DNA of 64,000 nucleotides from Takakia lepidozioides. Lineage: Eukaryota > Plantae > Bryophyta. The stretch covers positions 50,530,001 to 50,594,000 of the forward strand of contig CM060733.1 in assembly GCA_030704615.1 (NCBI GenBank), in the 5' to 3' direction. Shown here in pieces: positions 26,893-37,765 of this stretch. The notes beneath the pieces were generated by a model. It was not told the DNA's origin. It was given only the letters and a program-made list of their open reading frames with translations, and ran no database searches. The translations under genes were made by a program, and so were the position numbers. Within the stretch, counting starts at the first letter, position 1. Each line of letters opens with the position of its first letter.

Positions 26893-29800
26893 TCACTTAT
26901 CGCGCAAAACAATGTAGTTCACTCCGTCCGTCTTCTGAATGCGAGAAATCTTCTTCAGAATCTGCGCAAATGCAGCCTTATCCTGCGCACCACATCACCC
27001 AAATCATACTCTATTTCTCAACCACAGTCAGCTGCACTGAAGTCTTCTGACAACCATAGAGATTGCATCCTTCAATTACGAGTTTGATAAAATTCATTTG
27101 CTATAGATGCAAGTGACATCACGATCTCTACTCAACTTGAAGCACAGAGTGAGCAATCGCTCGAGGGAAAGCACCTCTTGAGTTTTGAGTCGGTTGCGGA
27201 ACTTGGCCACTAGATCCTGAGTCTTGATAGGGCCTGTCTGTCGGAGCACAGCCTTCGCTTCCTCCTCTGATACTCCACCACCTGCTGCTGCCGCTTTTGC
27301 AGCACCGCTTCCAACTTTGGCAGGTGTTGCGGCAGGAGAGGCTTTGGCTCCAGTTGAAGCGTCCTTCTTCGTTGCAGCTGTTGGTGGGGTTTTAGCCCCC
27401 TGTTTCATAAGAGTTTCATCCATTTATCCACAGGTCAATATCCATCGTATGCCCAGTATCCATAAAATGTCCATAAGATGAAGTGCCATGTGCAGGTAAG
27501 CTGCCACAAGCTTCTGGTCCTCAAAGCTGCGAGAGAGAGAATGTACTCAGACACTGCCTTTCGACGCGCCCCTATTTCTCTGGAAGTCTGCCTGACCTTC
27601 ATGAAAAACACTTCTAGACTCCAAATCAACCTGAAGACGGCTGCTTATTATCCAACAAAACAGCATGCCAGCTGCGCTAAGAAGTATAGTGCCACGGTAG
27701 TTCCCAGCTCTTCTTTGTCGTCTTTCTTCATAAGATTGACAATGACACCTATCTACAGCAAAAGGTTCAGTCTTCCAAATAAGGTCAAAAAAGAAGGCAA
27801 GGACCTCTATCATAGGATCGAATAATTAGCTTGTTGACAAGGCCATCACACCCACTGGCTTTATAGCCCTTTAGATGTTCTGTTGCTTCTGCAATCTCAC
27901 AACTAATGGACGCACTGTATCCCTTTCTGATATACTCCAGTTCATCATGGATTGTAGGAACAGTTCTTTCTACTGTATCCTTCCATTCTTTAGAAAACCC
28001 CTCACTGTCAGAGTTAGATTCATGGCCAAGAAGCCGTAGTACGTTTCAAGGGTTTCCCAATCTCAACCATAGAAGTCACCACTGCACACTTGTTATTCCT
28101 TAAAGCGGGTACTTGCTGACCATTTTTTGAACTCTGTCTGGCCAATCAGAGGATTATATCATTACCACAGTACTACTCTTCCCAATACATACAGGGAAGG
28201 TCTTGGAGCGATTGGATAAAGAGTGGGAGAGCCTCTTTCAACATATTCTATCTTGACCTCTTCCCTCCAGAATTTTTCTGTACCACAGACAGAGAGAGCG
28301 AGAGAGGGAGAAAACCAACCTGAGCAGGGTCCCCTTTCGCCTTCTTGCTGCCATTTGCCTTGGTCTCCTCCCCAGCAGCGCCAGCCTTCCGTTTTCCCTT
28401 GGCAGGGGTTGCAGAGGCTGGTGTGGGGCGGCCACCAGCACCTGACACCTTAGCAGGTGTGGTTTCTGATGTATCTTCCTTAGGACCGTCCTTCCTTGCA
28501 GGCGCCAATACTGGAGAAAACCCAATTTCCTCATTGTCCAAGTCTACCTGTGTAAGGTGCACCATACATTTTGTGAATAATTGAGCCATGCCTCTCCATC
28601 CTGCTCGGTCTCAACTGGCACAAGGTATGCGCCACAACACAGAAAGACCATCCTTACCAGTAATTTCCTTTCCTCTTACATCTTTAAGTTTTCCCAGATA
28701 AATATGGAATACGGCCACAAGGCTGTGGCAAGCATAGATGGATGTACACATATTCTCTCCCTTTGGAGCACAAATGCTTTGTCTTCCTGTCATGTGCTAA
28801 TTCACTCAATACAGGCTGGATGCCGATTTCAAATATTGCTGAACCAGTCTACAAGAGGACTTCACACACATCAAAAGAGGACTGGGGAAGTAGCATACAT
28901 CCTCATCTTCTTCTTCATCATCCTCAGCATCAGATTCATCAAGGCCAGCTGACTTGCCAAGCAGTTTCTTCAGCTCTCGCCCTGACTTGCTTAAGCCCCC
29001 AGCCCCCTCCTCACTCTGCTGCCCCTCCTGCCCCCCCTCCTCGTCCTCCTCATCTTCCTGCACAACCATCATAACAAATGGCTGAAAAGTCTTTTAAGGT
29101 AAGGACTCTTACAGAGATTGACTTATTTCATCTCCGTTTTTCCCTCCTTGCCCCATGCTTCCTGTAATGATAACATGGAGTATGCTGTGTTTGATAAAGA
29201 ATAACACAGACCTGCTTGATTTCTGGAGGTGCGGGTCCCTCAGGAACTTGATCATCACGTTCTTCAGGGTCGTTACCAACTGCTTCATCATCGTCTGTAA
29301 ATGTCTCTTCGTGTTCCCAATCATCACCTGTTTTCACCTCAACCCTTAGCCCATATGCATCATTTCCTGTCTAGCCCTCTCTCTCTCTCTGGGATTGTGT
29401 CATAAGAACTATTGATAAGCTCAGGATGATAACCAGCTCGGCTGAGCAACCATCACCTGCTCCAGAAGGACCCTTAAGAGTGGTTGCCTTCAGAGTGTGT
29501 CATGGCTCACGTACACAGGAAACACAGTGACCTCTCTCTTTCTCTCTTCCCTTCCTCTGACAGAAACAAGACTACCATACCTAGAATCAAACGCAAGCTC
29601 CATACCTTTCTCAGGCTCCTCATCGTCGATGTCAATTTCGTCACGGGCAGGCTCCTCGCCATCATCATCACCCCCCCTGGTCTTGTTCATGCCAAGCCTG
29701 TTTCTTCGCGCTTCCTCGTCATCCATATCATCCTCCCCTCTATCCGAGCCAGCATCCTGGTCATCATCATCCCCACCTCTCTTGCGGCCTCCTCCCCCAC

Positions 29801-32411
29801 CACCACCAGATCCAGGAAACTTGTCCAGGTCAGAAAATGCAGCAGCACCCGTATTCGCAGCCTTCATCATCCACCGCTGATAACCATCAGCTGTCTTTCG
29901 GCGGTTCTTCATCTGCTCCTCTGCTTCCTCCAGTGTCAGCTGCTTATATTGTGCAACCTTGTTGAAATTATACCTGACATTCAACAATCGCCTCAGGATC
30001 TGTCTCTTGGGGATATGTGACAGGGAAATTCTGCTCTGATTCGAGACTAGTTTAAATACAATAGAATCATAGTGCTCTATGCTAGGCCTCTGCTTGAAAA
30101 TTCAGAGAAGTTCAGTTGTGACAAACAAAGCAGGGGTCCGATTAAAGGACGGGTCCAACAACGTCTAATCCCCATTTCTGGAATGGTTCAGTGGGTAGTG
30201 TGGGATGCAGAGGCATCTTCCCTGTCTTCTGCAATGGTCCTTCTGCTCTGATTTGAGTCTAGTTTAAATGCAAAAGAATCAAAGTGCTCTTTGCTAGTCC
30301 TCTGCTTGAAGACTCAGAGAAGTTCAATTGTGACAAACAAAGCAGGGGTATGATTAAAGAAACTAGAGACAGAACAGAATTGTACCAGGCACCAGCTGGG
30401 AAAGCTAGAAACTCCGAGCCGGCCATCATGAGCAGGTAATAAGTGGCTTGTTGCCCACCTTCCAGCTGCCCTTGATATTGCTGCTGCCCAATATCGTCTT
30501 CCAACACCCATGGCTTTCCCTTGTACTTCTCCTGCTCCCACCCAGGATGGCTGACTCCTTCTTGAGTATCTTACCTCACAACTACGCACCTCTGATCCTA
30601 GAACATGCATTGCAACAATTCACAGATCAAAGCAAGCTGACATGACACGGAGCAAGGAGCTAATAACAAAGCCAGGAAGTGAGACAGGGTAACATACCCT
30701 AAGTGTCTCTGTTAACTGTCGGCCCTGAAGACCCTCTCGCTGCATATTCCACTTCGTCCCAGCCGTTTTCTTCTTGGAAAATGCAGGTAGCCCTTGCAAG
30801 AACCTGCCAACAAAATGCTGCTTGTTTGTGGATTGTGCTCGAACATTATACTCCTGCATTCACCCGAGCTTTCCCTTGCCTTGAGTGATACCCCTTCCAC
30901 ACTCAACTTGTGTTCTTGGAAGTCCAATTTCCTTGCTGCCTTTACAGAGTTCCCTACCTTACTCTTAAGTAAAACCGTTGCATATTGGTCACTGTACTAC
31001 AAAATTCTCTTCTGTGAAAGAGCCAATATGCATTCTGGCGCATTTTAAAGGAACCCCAAACTCACTCACTAAGCTGGAAGGGATACTTTGAAACAACCTG
31101 CAGAGATTCAATTTACATAGTTTAGGCAGTTCCGTTTACCCTCATATTCTTCCCATAATACATCCACCCAACTGCACATCTGGGGATGGTTCAGTTCTTA
31201 TCCAATCATCAACTTGTAAAGGCTTTGCAGCAAAACTTTCTCAGCACCAGTTATTTCAAGTAGCAATTGCAATGAAGTGCGTACTACACTTCCACTAGGG
31301 AGAAAAAGGAACGTAATTTTCACCTTACTATCAAATACCTGATTTCAAAGCGATAGAAATCCAATGCTCTCTTTCAAGTTCCTTTCACCCCCAATTAAGC
31401 TCGAAACTTGTACGTGTGCATGTGGTCCTAGCCCTAATCCTACCTCTCAGTCCATCCTCTCTACCACTTCTTCATGTGAGTGTCAAGATTGCTACTAAGT
31501 GGTTGAGGGATGAAATCCACAGAAACATATTGTGATTCTCTTGGTTCAATTTTCCTAAGCATCTGAATTCAAAGCCATAGAAATCTAACGCTCTCTTTCA
31601 AGTTCCTTTCACCCCCAATCAAGCTCGAACTTGTAGGTGTGCATGTGGTCTTAGCCCTAATCCAATCTCTCACGCAAGGGTAGCAATCCATCCTCCCTAC
31701 CCCTTCTTCATGTGACTGTCAAGATTGCTACCAAGTGGTTGAGGGATGAGACAGAAACATACTGTGATTCTCTTGGTTCAATTTTCCTACTTTAACGACA
31801 AGCATCTGAATTCAAAGCCAACCCTCTCTTTCAAGTTGCTTCCACCCCCCAATCAAGCTCGAAACTTGTACGTGTGCATGTGGTCCTAGCCCTAATCCTA
31901 TCTCTCACGCAAGGGTAGCAATCCATCCTCCCTTACCCTTCCTCATGTGAGTGTCAAGATTGCTACTGAGTGACTGAGGGATGAAATCCACAAAAACATT
32001 TTGTGATTCTCTTGGTTCAATATTCCTACTTTAACGACAAGCATCTGAATTCAAAGCTACCGAAATGCAGTGTTGTCTTTCAAGTTCCTTCCACCCCCAC
32101 TTAAGCTCGAAACTTGTACGTGTGCATGTGGTTCTAGCCCTAATCCTATCTCTCACGCAAGGGTAGCAGTCCATCCTCCCTACCCCTTCTTCATGTGAGT
32201 GTCAAGATTGCTACTGAGTGGTTGAGGGATGAAACCACACCCGAATGAGACGTGTAACGGGGACCCCGCAGTCAGTGCAGGGTGCGACAGTCTCTGCCAT
32301 GGTCTTCCCGCACTTGGGACACAGCGTCATGTGCCGGCAGTTACTGCCATACAAATCAGCCGTTGCCCCACATCCACTACATGCCTCCTTCAGCACCAGA
32401 TCTGCAGACAT
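26893..32411 (-). CDS. RAP74: Transcription initiation factor IIF subunit alpha (RAP74), plant type
   Basis: Exon 1 32241-32411 encodes the plant-specific Cys-rich N-terminus (CSGCG..CRHMTLC..C). Later exons encode WYNFNKVAQYKQLTLEEAEE and DDWEHEETFTDDDE, an acidic linker, and a C-terminal winged helix (..FAQILKKISRIQKTDGVNYIVLRDK*). Confidence 0.93.
30031..30360. repeat. Direct duplication (about 118 bp, period 212 bp) within a TFIIF intron
   Basis: 30031-30148 aligns with 30243-30360 (CTGCTCTGAT..TCTGCTTGAA..TCAGAGAAGTTCA.TTGTGACAAACAAAGCAGGGGT..GATTAAAG). Confidence 0.9.
31335..32240. repeat. Tandem array of about 4 units of 235-248 bp in TFIIF intron 1
   Basis: The anchor TCAAGATTGCTAC recurs at 31483, 31719, 31954 and 32202; AAGCTCGAA..TGTGCATGTGGT..AGCCCTAATCC is also present in each unit. 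Confidence 0.95.
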
Positions 32412-32729
32412 CCCTCCAGTCTTCTCCCTCTATCTCTCACTCCAACACCTTCACAGACTTCCCTGCAAGTGTGCTTCAAGCTTTTCCTCCAAGCCCCCTC
32501 AATCAAATTTGATTGAATTCAATTGATAGTGAATTCAAATGGAATCAGTGAATCAATCGATAGTGAACTGCGAGCTGTCTTCTTCAATTGTCAGAGAAGC
32601 GAAGGCGGGGGACAAGAGGAAGCGACAGCGATGAGATCAGACCGTCATTTGCTCGGTATATTCTACAACCCTATAAATATATATTACATATCATTTATAA
32701 TCCTTCTTCACCTGCAATTTGCCACCATC

Positions 32730-32802
32730 TCCGTAATAGTCTAGATGGTTAGGATACCTGGCTTTCACCCAGGCGACCCGGGTTCGAGTCCCGGTTACGG
32801 AA
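32730..32802 (+). tRNA. tRNA-Glu (anticodon TTC)
   Basis: Acceptor stem TCCGTAA/TTACGGA, anticodon arm CCTGG-CTTTCAC-CCAGG, T arm CCGGG-TTCGAGT-CCCGG, downstream TTTT terminator, TATA-rich upstream region. Confidence 0.96.
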
Positions 32803-33560
32803 ACCTTTTGGATTTTCCTTCTTTTTAAACCCTTTATTACAGAGAGGCTTTGTATCCCCATTGTATCCCCACTGAGAGACAATCTATCCCAAGGTTTTTG
32901 AGGTTTTGAGTGTGAGATGGTGTAGGACTGCAATCCAGTTTCCTTTTCATATGTGGTGTGATATGCTTGCACCACTCTTAAGTGAGGATTCAACGCTGAT
33001 CAAAAGTGAGTCCAGTCATATTTTGTCTAAAGCCTTAAATGAGGCTGTTAAGCTCCCACATGAGCTTATTTCATAGCTTTCAACTGAGCCACACATGAAA
33101 CGACGTTTCACGATGAACACAGATGTATGAAGTAGCAACTCAGCTGAAACCCAATGACTATTCACCTGCAGCTTGAGCACTTTCATTCCAGACTGTAATT
33201 TGATTGGTGTGACGATCCACTTTCAGTTGGAGGTTAAGGGTGTCACCTCAAGATCACTCCTTTGTTTAGAAATAACACATCAGACAGGGGTGACGGCCGA
33301 TGATATTTGTGTTGCGAACACACCTGTGAAAATTGAGATACTCATCTTCTCTATCCAGAATACAAGTGTGTGAAAAGTAATGGACACATCAGCCTTGTCT
33401 TGGTGTTGAAGAATAATCATAAGTTAACAAGGATGCCTACTATCGGGCACAGAAAACAACAAAAATTTGGGTTCTTGCTAGCTGAAAATGCTTGTAACAG
33501 TTACCAGTTCTGGGACGGTGAAATCTCTGCGGGAGACTAGAGTCAGAAGCTAAGCTTATA

Positions 33561-36500
33561 TTATACAAGTAGAACTGCATTGATGCAACCATCATTTTCT
33601 GGGTTGTTTGTAACTTGCGCATATTTACCTGCGCCCAAATGCAAGACAAACCAATAGACATCAACGAGTGTATCCAAGTGCACCCAAAAAAAATGTCCTA
33701 GCATGAGATGTACTCATTCACCATGTTCTGGTAATGTGGGCTAAATGAATCCTTGAATACGTGGTCCCTCATGGACCCACCTAGGCATAATAAAGCGTGA
33801 AACTGTCAAATTGGTTGAAGTTTGGATACTAGTACTCAAGACAGAATGGTCGGAAAAAGAAAAGAAGCGATGCAGGAGAGAGAAGTGAGACCCACCCCAC
33901 ACCACTTTGCCTCCTGGTGTAACGAGCCCCAATTCACTAACATTGACCTGCACAACTCCGTAAATAATGTTAACATGACATGAACAGGAAAATTCATCCT
34001 TTCCCTACAACATCACCATATGTGCCCACCCTGTCTGGACATAAAGTTTACTTCCAATCTTTCTGATGCCAGCATTGTTACGCTTTAGGCTAGTTAGTCT
34101 GGAAGTAGATAAGCTGTAAGGGAAACCCTGTAGCTGAGGTGAGACTACCGATCATTCTGTCAGCAAGATTTAGGTGACAGTATAGCACACATACCTCGAT
34201 GACGGTACCCTTAGTGACGACGCCCATGGAGGTGTACATTGGACCGTTCGGGTTCTTCTTCACCCCAAGAATCTCAAGGTTGAAAGTGCACTTAAGCTCT
34301 GGGTGTGTGACATGGGCTTTTGTGAATCGCAGACCCATGGGCCGGATGAAGCGCTCATACTTGGGAGGCTTACGGGTGAAACCCGGTCCAACAAATGTGA
34401 CTTTCGTCACCATCCGCTTCCATTGCTTTGCTGTACATTAATGTGTACATTAATGGGCACATTAACAGGAACCTAGGTAACATAAAGCAAGATAAAACAG
34501 CGGCTCATGGCGGTTTTAATTTAAGATCCAGGAATACATGATTCATAAGATGTGCCTGAGTCCTGTAAAAACTTTTGTCAGCAAATCCTGATCACAGAGC
34601 ATTGAAGAACTCCCGTGGGGGACTGAGCCTAATTGACCATGTGTTCTGCCAATGAAAATTCTTCAAGCTGCATATGACCATAGGGCCCTACTTCCGCCTT
34701 AGGATGTGGTAGAAACTTACACTTTCTTTTACCAGACTTGATCACACGAAACATCTCATCTTCAGCAATGGGCCGTACCTGTCACACAAACCACCATATA
34801 ACCATGGATTACTACTTGGGGAGTAGAACATCCTCAAAACAGGGAACCAACATGTCTCGTTTCAGTGCAATGACATTTTCAATCAGTGAACAACATGTTT
34901 CTGCCATGGATCTGTACTTCATGGGATCAATCCTGTTGTAAGAGAAGCCCTCTAGATTTGGGAGTTAATTGAGAAGATTAATCTTTGTCACACAACTCCA
35001 TCATAGCCACTAATTAAACCGCACACACTTATGACTCTGACTCAGACCCTTTGAGAGGAAGAATTCTCAGATGTAATCAGACAGCAGTCTCCATTGAAGA
35101 CCAACTATTGAAAGTGAGGCTATGAAAGACACAGATAACTTCTCATCCTTCAAAGCCTCAAGTACTGACCTTGCCACTCTGTGGATTCTCACCTTTGGAA
35201 GGGGCACTTCCCACTTGCCTGCCTTCTCTTTTCGTTTCTGCTTGATTGTATTGCTCAACACCTGCAACCATTCCATATAGAACTCCACAACTGAGCACAC
35301 ATTGACGAGCACTGATATCAAACTTATATCAGGAGAAAACTGAGGTATCATAACTGCGCAAACAGACCTGAAGGGAAACTTTACAGACCTTGAGCTTGAA
35401 TGTTCCCTATCTCACCTACCTGAACTGCTATTCAAACCACAGCCTGATGTAGGCACAGTTTGTAGGCCACATACTGATGAATTTTCACTAATCAATGCAA
35501 CTACATCCCACTGCTAAGGGCACACTTCCATGTGGGGTACCCATGCCCATAAAGGGGGTGTCAGGTGTGAACAGGGCCTGCCAAGTGCCTGTTCAAGCCT
35601 GCACCAGACCCGAGCCGCATTCGTGACCTATGCTAAGAGGTCGGTATACCTATTCAGCGGGCTACTTTTTTATATTGTTTCTACACTATGATGTATTATG
35701 GCAGGATTTGTGGCTATGGGGATTTGTACCCAATATGTTTGTGGCATGTAGCAGGTGAGTGTGACTCATAAAGTTGGAGAACGGGTATAGTGATGCGGCT
35801 AATAGTCAAAAGTGAAATCCTTCTTCTTGCTGATGTCAAGAACGGGAACGGGTCCACATGGAAGTGTGACCTAAATCTATGAGTATGTGTCCCTCCCTTA
35901 GATACCGTTGGTACGCATCATGATGTGCCAGCCTTTCTAAGGTCCTGTCCTAAATTTGCCACTATCCAACAAACCCTTCAACTTCCATGAGCTGCACTAC
36001 ACCCCGATTATTTTTAATAATGCCAAAAATGACAGCAGTGGGGGACTACACTAGCAGTACCTTGGCACGGGCTGTGGCTTCACGGTCAAGCAAGTATGCA
36101 GGGATAGCTCCATCCTGCACTTTGTCATCAGCCTTATGGCGGTTTGATCTCTCGGCATGCATTGCCATCCTGTCCGCAAACCCCACCCATTTGATGTGAG
36201 TCTACTGTATGTTTTCGATGAGTGGAAAGCCCTTGGGAGTCCTTTCCCTTCTTCCTCTAACCAGAATTAGCAACCACCCAATTTGCCTATGCTTCAGGTA
36301 GGTTTATGTATCTCATTATCCAACCAATGCCAGAGGCTATAGATGACCCTGTTCTGACCAATACAGACAATCTGTCCAACAGAGGCGTTCTCTGCATCTG
36401 TCTCTAGAAATTCATCTACAACATGTCCATCTTCCAACTCTCCACAACAACACGACTTGAACAGAGTAGCATGTTTACGCCCTTGTGCAATTTGCAATCA

Positions 36501-37484
36501 GAGATTGAAGCTGTAAACCACCTCAGAATAACGAAAGGAAACTGGTAACCAAAATACTCACGTCTTCTTCATGGTGGCCTTCTCAGAATAGCGCTTCTTT
36601 GCAAACATCTTGGCCTTGAGACCCAGTGCCTATGACAAACCCAGACAATCATCAGTGAAGTCATCACTGCATCCAACATGGGAAACTAACACTACATTTG
36701 CGGCCAGTACTGAATCCCTGAAATATCCTCTTGATTTTGACTCGAGGTTGGATAATAGTGCACAAACAGTTTCATTTCTAACTGGTTCAGTCTTGACAGA
36801 CCTGGTCTAACCAGCCCTGCAAACCAGTCGGTTCATCCACAGCTAACATTTCCAACCTAATTTGTGACTGACCGCTATCAAATGTGCAATTCAAAAGGTG
36901 TGAATCATAGCGAAGCAAACCCCTTCCAACAATTGCAGCTAGGATCCATCAATATGACTAAATTTCTGCGTTATGAGCTAGTGCACTACTTTACAGATCC
37001 CTAAGCACTGGAATCGCAGACTTTCCAGACAGGGCAGTATGTCACTCTTCCGAGCAGACTCCAAAGACTTGAAAAAGACTGAGAATACCTTCTGGGCAAA
37101 AGCCGCCCGCTTGTGAACCTCACGGGCATCTTTTTTGCGCCTCCTCTCGAAGTAATCAGGTCGGTAGCCATGTCGCTTGCGGTGTAGGTCTATGTGATCT
37201 CCCTGCGGCTGCAATTCTCACACATACACACTCCATGATTACATCTCCGTTATCATGTGTTTCCGAGACGCTATGCCAGTCACACCTCCAGATCATTTCA
37301 AAGAGCTGAAACTAGCATATATTTCTGGGTATCAATTAGGATAACTGTCAGCACAATCGTAGAACTGAACTAGGAAATTGGAAACGAGTTGCGGCAAAGC
37401 TTCCCTAGAGGTCTAACATGCGTTTCCATCGGTACCCATTCGAAAGACTGCACAACGATCCCGTGGTCTGAACATACATACCAT
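33561..37484 (-). CDS. NSA2: Ribosome biogenesis protein NSA2
   Basis: ATG-only exon 37482-37484, then 37089-37208 ([18 protein letters not shown]), about 36562-36629, 36061-36169, 35192-35260, 34721-34778, 34194-34430 ([23 protein letters not shown]), 33895-33947, 33561-33628 ([20 protein letters not shown]). Confidence 0.95.
35518..35871. mobile_element. Tourist-type (PIF/Harbinger) MITE, 354 bp, in an NSA2 intron
   Basis: 18-bp TIRs GGGCACACTTCCATGTGG and CCACATGGAAGTGTGACC (1 mismatch), flanked by TAA on both sides (35515-35517 and 35872-35874). Confidence 0.88.
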
Positions 37485-37765
37485 TGTGGCACCTTCAGAG
37501 CAGCCGCCAGGAACTAACGAACAGTCGGTGACACGAACTGAATGAACCCCAACCCAATTGCAGATCAAGGTAGAGAACCTGTCGAGCAGATGGCTGAGGA
37601 AAGATCCACTGGAAAGAGTCTGGGTTTAGTCTGGCGCTGGGTTTTACGGTTTCACGAAGATGTTTGACGAAGATACTTTTTCCTCGTCCAAAACAGAACG
37701 TTTGTTGACTGAGAAGACCTGCTTCAGCTTGGCTCGTGTCCCAGGCAGTGGACCTTGCTCTCAAC

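Noticed and set aside
31335-32240. Array interpreted as CRISPR-like
   Set aside because: Whole units are repeated with no unique spacers; eukaryotic intron context.
34431-34466. 12-bp triplication (TGTACATTAATG) next to an NSA2 acceptor
   Set aside because: Looks like simple slippage; the acceptor is intact.
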